Assembly: GCA_905233585.1 (NCBI GenBank)
Contig: CAJOFD010000004.1
Coordinates: 14,374 to 78,373 of the forward strand
Source of the DNA: an uncultured Bacteroidales bacterium
GTDB lineage: Bacteria > Bacteroidota > Bacteroidia > Bacteroidales > WCHB1-69
Length of the DNA stretch: 64,000 nucleotides
Reading direction: 5' to 3'
Positions 27,497 to 36,568 of this stretch are shown here, in pieces (position 1 is the first letter of the stretch; each line of letters starts with the position of its first letter). A model generated the notes under the pieces. The model saw only the letters and a program-made list of their open reading frames with translations, was not told where the DNA came from and searched no databases. Position numbers and translations under genes: made by a program.

Positions 27497-28954
27497 TTAG
27501 TCTTGCTGCTTGGGGCTGCTGATTGCCCAAAGCCCGACAAAGGTCAAAAATCCATTGACCAACAACAATTCAAACCCGAATTGGTAGCCATGGAACCATA
27601 CCGCCGAATATTTGTTGAGTATGAAACACAATATGGGCGACAATATGGCTATAAACGGAGTGAGGTGCTCGTATTTTAAGGTACGTTTGGTAAACAAGCC
27701 GAAGGAAAACAACCCCAACAAAGGTCCGTATGTATAACTTGCCACATTGAATATGATGCGTATGAGGGCATCGTTGTGAAAATTGGAGAAAAACAGAATA
27801 ATCAACAGGAACAAAAGGCTAATGCCCACATGTATCCATCGTCTGATGCGGATTTTTTCTTCCTGTGTTTTCTGCATTTTTTCCATATCCAAAAAATCAA
27901 TGCATATCACCGTTGTCAGCGAGGTGAGCGTGCCGTCCGCACTGGAATAGCCTGCCGCTATCAGTCCCAACACAAAGGTGATGCCGGCAACGGGCGGCAG
28001 ATAGTCAAAGGCTATTGTGGGAAATATCCTGTCGGTTTGCATGGCGGACATATCTATGCCTTTTTCGGTGGCATATACGCAAAGCATACCGCCAAGAATG
28101 AGAAATAAAATATTTATGACTAACAAAATGGCGGAAAATGAAAACATATTGCGTTGGGAGGAGGGGAGATTTTTGCAACTCAAATTCTTTTGCATCATGT
28201 CCTGGTCCAAACCGGTCATCGTAATGGTGATGAACATGCCGCTGACAATTTGTTTGAGGAAAAAATTGGAATCGTGCCAATTGGTGTTAAACATTTTGGT
28301 ATAACCCATACTGCTCATCTTGTCCCACATATTGCCCAAGGTGCAATGCAGGTCTCGGGGAATGTATATAATCATTAATACAAGTGCCAACAATAGGAAT
28401 GTGGTTTGTAGTGTGTCGGTCCATACGATAGTTTTTATCCCCCCTTTGAATGTATATAACAGAATAATGACAATAAACACCACCGATGTAGCCCATAGGG
28501 GTATATGCCAGTATGAAAAAACAAATTCTTGCAGGACAAATATCACCAAATACATTCGCAAGGCTGAACCCAACATTCTGGAGATGATAAAAAAGAATGA
28601 GCCTGTCTTGTGGGAATATCTGCCGAAACGTTGTCCCAAATAGGCATAAATGGAGGTTAGTTGCAATTTGTAATACAAGGGCAACAGCACCAAAGCAATT
28701 ACGGCATAGCCCAGCAGATAGCCGATGACAATGCCGTAATAGGTGAATTGGGTCTTATAAACATCGCCGGGTACCGACAACAAGGTTACCCCCGACAATG
28801 AAGCCCCTATCATACCGTAGGCAACAATAAACCATGGTGATTTCCTGTTGCCTACGAAATAAGTTTCATTATTGGCTTTTTTTGATGTCATACGCATTAC
28901 TGCAAAAAGCAGTACAGTATATACCACCAAACACAAAACCATAATAATGTGCAT
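27497..28954 (-). CDS. Sodium:solute symporter family transporter
   Basis: 485 aa with about 13 TM segments. N-terminal YFVGNRKSPWFIVAYGMIGASLSGVT is typical of the SSF family. Confidence 0.85.
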   Translation of the reverse strand: MHIIMVLCLVVYTVLLFAVMRMTSKKANNETYFVGNRKSPWFIVAYGMIGASLSGVTLLSVPGDVYKTQFTYYGIVIGYLLGYAVIALVLLPLYYKLQLTSIYAYLGQRFGRYSHKTGSFFFIISRMLGSALRMYLVIFVLQEFVFSYWHIPLWATSVVFIVIILLYTFKGGIKTIVWTDTLQTTFLLLALVLMIIYIPRDLHCTLGNMWDKMSSMGYTKMFNTNWHDSNFFLKQIVSGMFITITMTGLDQDMMQKNLSCKNLPSSQRNMFSFSAILLVINILFLILGGMLCVYATEKGIDMSAMQTDRIFPTIAFDYLPPVAGITFVLGLIAAGYSSADGTLTSLTTVICIDFLDMEKMQKTQEEKIRIRRWIHVGISLLFLLIILFFSNFHNDALIRIIFNVASYTYGPLLGLFSFGLFTKRTLKYEHLTPFIAILSPILCFILNKYSAVWFHGYQFGFELLLVNGFLTFVGLWAISSPKQQD

Positions 28955-28970
28955 TGTGAAGTCTGTTTTT

Positions 28971-29807
28971 TTATTTGATGTCTAACAATTCAACGTCAAA
29001 TACCAACGAAGCGTATGGCGGTATAACATTACCTGCACCGTTGCTGCCGTAACCCAATTCGGAAGGGATTATCAATGTGGCTTTGCCGCCTTTTTTCATC
29101 AGGGCAACGCCTTCGTCCCAGCCTTTTATCACTTGACCTTGTCCTAAGGTAAATTCAAACGGTTGGTTGCGTTCCACCGAAGAGTCAAAAACGGTTCCGT
29201 CCAACAACTTGCCGGTATAGTGCATGACGCAGGTTTGTCCTGTTTTGGGGTTGTTACCTTTGCCCGCTTTGGTTTCGATATATATCAGGCCGCTTTCTCT
29301 GGCTTCTTCATCAATGTTGTTGGCCAACAGATAGGCTTCCAATTCTTGGCTTTCTTTTTCGGCTCTTTCTTTGGTTATTTTAGCAATATATTCAAGATAG
29401 CCTGTAATATCTTTTACTTTGAGGGTGAACCACAACATGGTTTTGTCATCTACAAATTCGGGAATTTGGTTGTAGTTGTAAACTTCAAAATATTTTTTTG
29501 CATCTAAAATGAATGTAGCCGAATCGCCGATGTGCATCATGGACAAACAATCGAAAATGTCGCCTTCGTATTGGGATTCTTGCATAAGAATAGGCACTTC
29601 CGCCAAGTCATTGAGCACGGAATCTTTGGTGGCAATTTGCATGGATATTAAGAGAACATCGTTATTCTCTGCCAAACGTGCTGTTTCGTTTTGTTCAAAA
29701 AAGCGATAATACATTTTACCTTTTCCTTTTTTGAAACCCGAATAAGGATTGCAAGCGATGCATAAAAGTGCCATCGCAACGATGCTTAGTGATTTGATAA
29801 GTTTCAT
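28971..29807 (-). CDS. FKBP-type peptidyl-prolyl isomerase lipoprotein
   Basis: Lipobox LLCIAC. C-terminal FKBP domain VMHYTGKLLDGTVFDSS...FTLGQGQVIKGWDEG...IPSELGYG...IPPYASLVFDVELLDI. Confidence 0.85.
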   Translation of the reverse strand: MKLIKSLSIVAMALLCIACNPYSGFKKGKGKMYYRFFEQNETARLAENNDVLLISMQIATKDSVLNDLAEVPILMQESQYEGDIFDCLSMMHIGDSATFILDAKKYFEVYNYNQIPEFVDDKTMLWFTLKVKDITGYLEYIAKITKERAEKESQELEAYLLANNIDEEARESGLIYIETKAGKGNNPKTGQTCVMHYTGKLLDGTVFDSSVERNQPFEFTLGQGQVIKGWDEGVALMKKGGKATLIIPSELGYGSNGAGNVIPPYASLVFDVELLDIK

Positions 29808-29827
29808 AATATCTAATAATGGTTTGT

Positions 29828-30685
29828 TTATTTAATAATATCTATAAGTTCAATTTCAAAAAGCATAGGCGTACACAATGGAATGTTTGGATATTTGCCT
29901 TGGTAAGCCATTCTGTCCGGACAGATAACTTTGTATTTGCCGCCTTTTTTCATCGTGGCAATCGATTTATCCAAAACAGGCAACAAAGGTTGTTGTCCAT
30001 AGATGAATTTCAATGGTTCACCTGTACCCATCTCTGCGGACGAATTGATGATGGTGTCTGTTTTGAGGTCTTTGAGTGTGATGTTTACGAGAATGGTATT
30101 GTTGCTGTCCACAACATTTCCTGTTCCTGCTTCTATTTCTTCAATATACAATCCGTCTTCGGTAGGTGTTGCGGTGATGTTGTTGTCTTGAACATATTTG
30201 GCTATAATATCGGCTTCTTCTGTCATTAATTCTTCTATAGTAGCCACTCTGTTCAATTTTAATTTGATATACAAAACATCTTCGGAAGAAACAACACTTG
30301 GAATAGAGGTGGGGTCGAAACCAACCAAGAAAAACGAGTCGGCTTTCAGTATAAATTCTTTTTCTTCGCCTTCTTTCATCATAGCATAGGCCTCTTGAAG
30401 GTCATGGGTATAATATGATTCTCCAAGCATATCGGTCATATCTCTGTTTTCAAAACTTTTGAAAAATTCCGAATTGTTGATAGAATCATTGTTGGAATGA
30501 CACGATACCGTCAAGAATAGAATGTCGCCCATTTGGGGTACCTGACCGTCTGCGTTTTTGGTAATTGTCCGGTAATACATACCGCTGTCCGATTTTTTAA
30601 ACCCTTTGTAAAGACCGCCTTTACAAGCAGAAAGCATAAGGCTTCCGATAATCATCATTGTTGCATAGAATGCTATTTTTTTCAT
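29828..30685 (-). CDS. FKBP-type peptidyl-prolyl isomerase lipoprotein (divergent)
   Basis: Lipobox MLSAC. C-terminal LKFIYGQQPLLPVLDKSIATMKKGGKYKVICPDRMAYQ...PMLFEIELIDI keeps the FKBP topology with weaker motifs. Confidence 0.75.
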   Translation of the reverse strand: MKKIAFYATMMIIGSLMLSACKGGLYKGFKKSDSGMYYRTITKNADGQVPQMGDILFLTVSCHSNNDSINNSEFFKSFENRDMTDMLGESYYTHDLQEAYAMMKEGEEKEFILKADSFFLVGFDPTSIPSVVSSEDVLYIKLKLNRVATIEELMTEEADIIAKYVQDNNITATPTEDGLYIEEIEAGTGNVVDSNNTILVNITLKDLKTDTIINSSAEMGTGEPLKFIYGQQPLLPVLDKSIATMKKGGKYKVICPDRMAYQGKYPNIPLCTPMLFEIELIDIIK

Positions 30686-30689
30686 TTTA

Positions 30690-31217
30690 CTATTTATTTA
30701 TGTTTATTAATTTTATTTTACAAATCAAACTTGTTGCCCCATCAATTTTGTCTCCATCACCCGAAATGCCGTAGGCTAAAAAAGAAGGAATAATAGCGTT
30801 GATGGAATCTCCTTCGTGCATCAGTTGTACCAATTCGTGTAATCCGACAAAATCGTCAGAGCGATTTACCTGAAAAGTTTTCTTTCCGTCTTTTGGGCTG
30901 TCAAAAACCGCTACCCCTGCAGGGGTGGCAATAGTGCCTGTTATGGTTACCATATCGCCTGCTGTGGGCATGGAATTTTGATGCTCTTTTACTATTTCAT
31001 ACATCAATCCGGAAGATGTTTGTGTCAAATGCCAATTGTATCGTTTGGCGATAAGTTGAATGTCTGCCATTTCCCGTCTTGCTATTTCACGGTGTACATC
31101 AACGGGCATTTCCGTAGAGAGGTGTTGTTCTGTTGGCGATACAATGTCTGAAGTTTTTGGGCTATTGCAAGCAAAGCACAACAAGATGGATAGTATGCAA
31201 AGTATTCTTAATCCCAC
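30690..31217 (-). CDS. Small FKBP-type PPIase lipoprotein (GldI-like size and architecture)
   Basis: Lipobox LLCFAC. GDMVTITGTIATPAGVAVFDS...FQVNRSDDFVGLHELVQLMHEGD...IPSFLAYG...LICKIKLINI. Confidence 0.7.
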   Translation of the reverse strand: MGLRILCILSILLCFACNSPKTSDIVSPTEQHLSTEMPVDVHREIARREMADIQLIAKRYNWHLTQTSSGLMYEIVKEHQNSMPTAGDMVTITGTIATPAGVAVFDSPKDGKKTFQVNRSDDFVGLHELVQLMHEGDSINAIIPSFLAYGISGDGDKIDGATSLICKIKLININK

Positions 31218-32317
31218 GGTGTAAGCAGTTCTTGTTGATATCGTTTTAATAGGGCTTCAAACTTGGCTATGGTTGTGACCATATCATCGTATGAATTGCC
31301 ACCTGAGGCATTTTTATGTCCCCCGCCATTGAAGTGTTGTCTCGCAAAACGATTGACGTCAAAATTGCCTTTTGAACGGAACGAAATCCGTATTCTATCG
31401 TCTCTTTCGGTGAAAAATGCCGTAAAACGAATAGTCTTTATAGACAAGCCATAATTGACAATACCTTCTGTATCTCCTTGTTGATAATGGAAAGTATTCA
31501 AATCTTTTTGGGTGAGAAATATGAATGAAGTGGCATATTCTTCTCTTATATGCAATCTGTTGGACAAACAATAGCCCAACAATCTGATTCTGCTTTCCGA
31601 AAAAGTGTCATAGACAAGTCGGTGTATTTGTTCGCAATCAATTTGTTGTGCCACCAAAGCACTGACAACACTGTAGGTTGAAGGGTGATTGCATGAATAA
31701 CTCAATGACCCCGTGTCGGTAATTATACCTACATATAAACATTCTGCAATGGCTTTGTTTATGGCTTCGGGCTCTTGCATTTTGTCTGCAATAAAACGAT
31801 AAACCAATTCACAAGTAGAAGAGGTTTGTTCTGAATTGGAGTAGGAGATGTCAAAGTAGGGCATAGGGTCGATATGGTGATCTATCAATACTTTGAATTT
31901 TTTAGTGTCCGTTAATAAATTTTCTAAAACACCAATGCGATTAAATGCGTTGAAATCCAAACAAAAAATCATATCGGCAAGCTCGATAATCTTTTGACAA
32001 GTGTCAAATTGTTGTGTGGCTATGTAAATAGTTTCACTTTGAGGCATCCAAGACAGATAAGTCGGAAAATTGTTTGGGGATAAAATGTCCGCTTGATGTC
32101 CTTTTTGTTGGAAAAACATTTTCAAAGCCAAAGCAGAACCTATGGCATCACCATCGGGATTGTAATGAATAACGATGGCAATTCTTTGTTGTGTTGCCAA
32201 TCTCCGCTTTATTTCCAAAATATCTTCCGTCTTCAATGTGCCTTTGTTTTGATTGATAATGTGCAAAGGTAGCATAATTCTTTTAATTAACGGCAGAAAC
32301 GGCAAAATAAAATTCAA
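31208..32317 (-). CDS. DHH/DHHA1-family phosphoesterase (NrnA-like oligoribonuclease/pAp phosphatase)
   Basis: HYNPDGDAIGSALAL (DHH motifs I-II), LIDHH, GIITDTG, and C-terminal GGGHKNASG (DHHA1). The start codon is uncertain. The stop overlaps the next gene by 10 nt. Confidence 0.8.
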   Translation of the reverse strand: MNFILPFLPLIKRIMLPLHIINQNKGTLKTEDILEIKRRLATQQRIAIVIHYNPDGDAIGSALALKMFFQQKGHQADILSPNNFPTYLSWMPQSETIYIATQQFDTCQKIIELADMIFCLDFNAFNRIGVLENLLTDTKKFKVLIDHHIDPMPYFDISYSNSEQTSSTCELVYRFIADKMQEPEAINKAIAECLYVGIITDTGSLSYSCNHPSTYSVVSALVAQQIDCEQIHRLVYDTFSESRIRLLGYCLSNRLHIREEYATSFIFLTQKDLNTFHYQQGDTEGIVNYGLSIKTIRFTAFFTERDDRIRISFRSKGNFDVNRFARQHFNGGGHKNASGGNSYDDMVTTIAKFEALLKRYQQELLTPWD

Positions 32318-32348
32318 TATATTGATGTTTTATTGTCGTGTATCTGTA

Positions 32349-33788
32349 TCAGGATTTCTTTGGTTTTAATGGATTGAGGTTTGATAACTTGTTAAACCAT
32401 TGTTTTAACAAAGACAAATCGCTCAATCCCGCTTCGGTAGAGGCTTTGTAGAGCAGGAATATTCCCAAGGGCAATAGTATCATGGAAGCAAACCAAACGC
32501 CTAAAAAAGGAGAGATGGTTCCAATACGTGCCATGCGTTCTCCCGTTGTTGTAACTACCCAATAAACCACAAAGATAAAAACAGAAACTGTTAGCGGAAT
32601 GCCTAAGCCGCCTTTTCTGATAATGGCACCAAGGGGGCAACCCACAAAGAAAAGCAGTAAACATGCCAAAGATAATGAGAATTTTTTGTGCCATTCTATC
32701 TCATAACGCCATTTGTTGCTTGCAATGGATTCATACTCCATTAAATCAAATTCGGTTATTCCTGTTCCGTCTCTAAGGGTTTGTATGGCCGTAGCATACA
32801 TGTTTATTTGTTCTGGCAAAGTCAATTTCCGTATATTGTCTTGGGTGGTGGGATATGTTGCTGCCATGCTGTCTTGATAATCTCTGTTTATATAGATAAT
32901 GCGTTCCAATAAGTTGTTGCCTCTGCATTTGCCCATTGCGGACAATTCTTGTTGCATGGTGTCTATAAAACGATTGAGTTGTAATACATTCAGCATTTCG
33001 TAATTGTCTTTGTAAAAGTCTTCCCCAATCGATTGCCGTTGGAAAGACGATAAGTCGAAACACATTTGTTGACTTTTGAAAGTTCCTCTGGTTAAAGGCA
33101 TTTCGGAGGCTTTTAATGATGGATCGTAGTTGCGGTTTTCGTCATAAATGAACCCATTTTCCAAAGTGAACAACAGATATTGTTTGTCTTTTGTCATTTC
33201 CATTGTTCCTTTTTCTGCATAGGTCATTGTTGTATAGCCTGTGTTTCTCGTATGGTCATAAATAATAATGTCATGAATGGTTTTGTTGTCCTTGTCTTTT
33301 TCTCCGATACGAATAATATAATTGTCAATTTCTCTGTAAAAGATACCTTCTTCAATATTCAGAGCAGGTTTTTGTGCTTGAATGTCATGCAATAGAGTTG
33401 TGAATTTCAGACTCATATAGGGTACAACATTGTTGGTAAACACAAAGGCAACACATGTGATGGCAACAACGAATATTAAAATAGGTTGTATGATTCTATA
33501 TAATGATATGCCTGCCGATTTCATGGCAGTCAATTCATTCCGTTCTGCCAAATTGCCGAATGTTATTAGCGAGGATAGCAAAACTCCAAGCGGTAAGGCC
33601 ATGGGAACAAAAGTAAAAACGCTGTAAAAAAATAATTTTCCCAGCGTTAGAATATCCAAGCCTTTTCCAACCAAATCGTCTATATATTTCCATAGGAATT
33701 GCATGATAAATACAAACAAAACCACAAGGAAAGTCAAGAAAAAAGGTCCTATATAGGTTTTTAATAGAAATTTGTCATTGACTTTCAT
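32349..33788 (-). CDS. LptF/LptG-family (YjgP/YjgQ) permease, long form
   Basis: N-terminal LLKTYIGPFFLTFLVVLFVF motif and a 3+3 TM layout around a large periplasmic insert. Confidence 0.8.
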   Translation of the reverse strand: MKVNDKFLLKTYIGPFFLTFLVVLFVFIMQFLWKYIDDLVGKGLDILTLGKLFFYSVFTFVPMALPLGVLLSSLITFGNLAERNELTAMKSAGISLYRIIQPILIFVVAITCVAFVFTNNVVPYMSLKFTTLLHDIQAQKPALNIEEGIFYREIDNYIIRIGEKDKDNKTIHDIIIYDHTRNTGYTTMTYAEKGTMEMTKDKQYLLFTLENGFIYDENRNYDPSLKASEMPLTRGTFKSQQMCFDLSSFQRQSIGEDFYKDNYEMLNVLQLNRFIDTMQQELSAMGKCRGNNLLERIIYINRDYQDSMAATYPTTQDNIRKLTLPEQINMYATAIQTLRDGTGITEFDLMEYESIASNKWRYEIEWHKKFSLSLACLLLFFVGCPLGAIIRKGGLGIPLTVSVFIFVVYWVVTTTGERMARIGTISPFLGVWFASMILLPLGIFLLYKASTEAGLSDLSLLKQWFNKLSNLNPLKPKKS

Positions 33789-33808
33789 GACAGAAGCAAA
33801 AAATCGGC

Positions 33809-34663
33809 TTAATAATCGCCTAAAGTTTCTTCTAACTGACTTAAAGCATTGGCTAATTGCTCATCGTTAGGAGCAGAACCGTGCCATTTGTTGTTCCCTT
33901 GCATAAAATCAACGCCATATCCCATTTCAGTGTGCATCAAAAATGCAATAGGTTTGCCTTTGCCGATGAATGTTTTGGCTTTTTGCAAATTTTCCAACAA
34001 AAGTTCCATATCGTTGCCTTCGCCCACGATAACTTCCCAGCCGAATGCTTTGAATTTGTCTTCCAAATTGTCCAACGAAAGCACTTGTTCTACCGAACCG
34101 TCAATTTGTTTGTGGTTGTAATCAACGGTAAGAATGATATTGTCCACATGTTTGGCACCTGCATACATAAATGCTTCCCACAATTGTCCTTCTTGCAGTT
34201 CGCCGTCACCTGTTAGTACATAAACCAAAGATGTGTCATTGTTAAGTTTTTTGGCTTGAGCCACACCCAAGGCAACTGAAGCACCTTGCCCCAATGAACC
34301 TGAAGCCATTCTTATGCCGGGCAAATTATGTTGATTAGAGGGGTGTCCTTGCAATCTTGTGCCCAATAGCCTGAAAGTACTTAATTCTGATACCTCAAAA
34401 TATCCTCTACGTGCCATTGTGGAATACAAACATGGGGTGATATGACCGTTGGATAAGAAAAATACATCTTCATTATGTCCTTCAAAAGTGAAGTTTTCAG
34501 GATTGATGTTCATTTGTTCAAAAAACAAGGCAACCATAAAATCGGCACAGCCTAACGAACCGCCTGGATGTCCTGATTGTACACCATGAACCATTCTCAA
34601 TGCATCTCTTCTAATCTGTGTTGCAATTTTTTGCAATTGTGTAACTCTTTCTTTTTGTATCAT
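33809..34663 (-). CDS. Transketolase, N-terminal (thiamine-diphosphate-binding) subunit of a split enzyme
   Basis: GHPGGSLG, FFLSNGH, GSLGQG, and the TPP motif LTGDGELQEGQ.WEA. Its length of 284 aa equals only the PP domain. Confidence 0.9.
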   Translation of the reverse strand: MIQKERVTQLQKIATQIRRDALRMVHGVQSGHPGGSLGCADFMVALFFEQMNINPENFTFEGHNEDVFFLSNGHITPCLYSTMARRGYFEVSELSTFRLLGTRLQGHPSNQHNLPGIRMASGSLGQGASVALGVAQAKKLNNDTSLVYVLTGDGELQEGQLWEAFMYAGAKHVDNIILTVDYNHKQIDGSVEQVLSLDNLEDKFKAFGWEVIVGEGNDMELLLENLQKAKTFIGKGKPIAFLMHTEMGYGVDFMQGNNKWHGSAPNDEQLANALSQLEETLGDY

Positions 34664-34725
34664 TTTTATATTGTTGTTATAAACGTTGCAAAGGTAGCAT
34701 AAAAACCAATATATTTACACCTATT

Positions 34726-35580
34726 TCAATAAATTTTATCGTAGGGCTTCAATTCATTGGGCAATTGATATACTTTTTGTTTGATAGATTGGGCTATGGC
34801 GAAATCTGAACGTTTGTCTGCCAACAACTCTTCATTTTTGATAACATGGCTTACGATGACATTAAATTCAGAGTTGCGTTGTTTGAAAAATTCATTAGGC
34901 AAAAATATTTGTTCAATATTGGCTTTGATATGCAATGCTGTACGCAGTTTGGCCAAATTGTAGAAAAAATTTGAATTTTTGCCTTCAAAATAAATCGGTA
35001 AAATATCATGTCCATATTGTTTGGCTTTGCTGATAAAAGTTTTTTTCCAATCTAAATCAATAATTTTTCCTTTTATTTTTCTCGAGCATAAACCTGCTGG
35101 AAAATATAAAATAGTATCATTCTCGGCAAACAATTTATCAAAATTTTTGGCCAATTCTATGGTGTTTTTTCCTGTTTTGTTGATAGGTACAAAAATTGAT
35201 TGGAAATTAGATAAATACATTAAAATATCATTGACAGGACATTTGACATTGCTTCTTATATTGCCCAACAAACTGATGAGTGCAGTGCCGTCAAAACCTC
35301 CCAACGGGTGGTTGCTGACAATAATTAATTTATTGTCCAAAGGAATTCGCTCTTGATGTATAAGGTTGATTTTGACGTTGAAATCACGAATGATAAAGTC
35401 TGCAAAATCAACGCCATAGTATTTCTGATAGGCACGAGTTAAGATATCGTTTACCTCATTTTGATGGACAATATGTTTAATATATCTTACCACAAAACGA
35501 GGTAAATATTTGTATAGTTTTTCATTTTTGTTTTTGATGATTGCATCAATATCAACTAATTGTAATTTTTGCTCTTCCAT
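34726..35580 (-). CDS. Lysophospholipid (PlsC-like) acyltransferase family protein
   Basis: IIVSNHPLGGFDG acyltransferase catalytic block and YFPAGLCSRK (FPxG-type block III). It resembles the O-acyltransferases of Bacteroidota amino-lipid synthesis, but no GNAT partner gene is adjacent. Confidence 0.7.
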   Translation of the reverse strand: MEEQKLQLVDIDAIIKNKNEKLYKYLPRFVVRYIKHIVHQNEVNDILTRAYQKYYGVDFADFIIRDFNVKINLIHQERIPLDNKLIIVSNHPLGGFDGTALISLLGNIRSNVKCPVNDILMYLSNFQSIFVPINKTGKNTIELAKNFDKLFAENDTILYFPAGLCSRKIKGKIIDLDWKKTFISKAKQYGHDILPIYFEGKNSNFFYNLAKLRTALHIKANIEQIFLPNEFFKQRNSEFNVIVSHVIKNEELLADKRSDFAIAQSIKQKVYQLPNELKPYDKIY

Positions 35581-35581
35581 T

Positions 35582-36568
35582 TTAGCAGACTTTGTTTTCT
35601 ATTTCCGAAAAAATATTTTCTATTTCTCCAACATTATCGCAAGTGAGTAGTCGTATGCGGGTTTCTTTAAAATTTTTGATATCTTTAAAATAGTTTTTAT
35701 AGTGCTTCCTCATTTCTAAAACGGCTTGTTTTTCATTTTTGTATTTCAATGCGAGATGAAAATGTTGTCTGCACTCCTCCAAACGTTCTGCATTGCTTGG
35801 CAGTTGCATTTGAACATTATTATTAATAAGGCTTTTGCATTGTTCAAAAATCCAAGGATTGCCTATGGCGGCTCGACCAATCATAATGCCGTTTATAGGG
35901 TAGTTATTTTTTGCTTGAAGACATTCTTTATCGCTGCAAATATCTCCGTTGCCAAAAATTGGAATGTGGATATTGGTATTTTGGGCTACTTGTCCTATCA
36001 AATTCCAATCTGCCAGACCATGATACATTTGCGAGCGGGTTCTGCCATGTATGGTTAGGGCAGCAATGCCTATGTCTTGAAGTTTTTGCGATAAATCGAC
36101 AATAATTTTATGGTTGTCGTCCCAGCCGAGACGGGTTTTTACTGTTACAGGAATATGTACAGCCTTGATAATTGCTGCTGTGATTTTTACTAACAAATCC
36201 GGATTTTGCAACATTCCGCTGCCCGCACCTTTTAAGGCTACTTTTTTGACGGGGCATCCCCAATTGATGTCAATAAAATCTGGCTGATAACTTTCTATAA
36301 TTTTTGCGGCTTCCACCATCACCGCTTCGTCATTGCCAAAAATCTGAATACCGAATGGTCGTTCACATTCTTCAAAACGAAGTTTGTTCTTTGTTTTTTC
36401 AACATTTCTAATAAGGGCGTCTGAGGCGGCAAATTCGCTAATTAAAATATCAGCTCCATGTTTTTTGCACATCAAACGGAATGAAATATCTGTAATGTCT
36501 TCCATGGGAGCCAACAGAATAGGAAATTTTGGAAGATTTATATTGCCGATTTTAAGTTGTTTATCCAA
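35582..36568 (-). CDS. dusB: tRNA-dihydrouridine synthase
   Basis: LAPMEDITD, DINWGCP, VTVKTRLGW, LTIHGRTR. Confidence 0.9.
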   Translation of the reverse strand: MDKQLKIGNINLPKFPILLAPMEDITDISFRLMCKKHGADILISEFAASDALIRNVEKTKNKLRFEECERPFGIQIFGNDEAVMVEAAKIIESYQPDFIDINWGCPVKKVALKGAGSGMLQNPDLLVKITAAIIKAVHIPVTVKTRLGWDDNHKIIVDLSQKLQDIGIAALTIHGRTRSQMYHGLADWNLIGQVAQNTNIHIPIFGNGDICSDKECLQAKNNYPINGIMIGRAAIGNPWIFEQCKSLINNNVQMQLPSNAERLEECRQHFHLALKYKNEKQAVLEMRKHYKNYFKDIKNFKETRIRLLTCDNVGEIENIFSEIENKVC

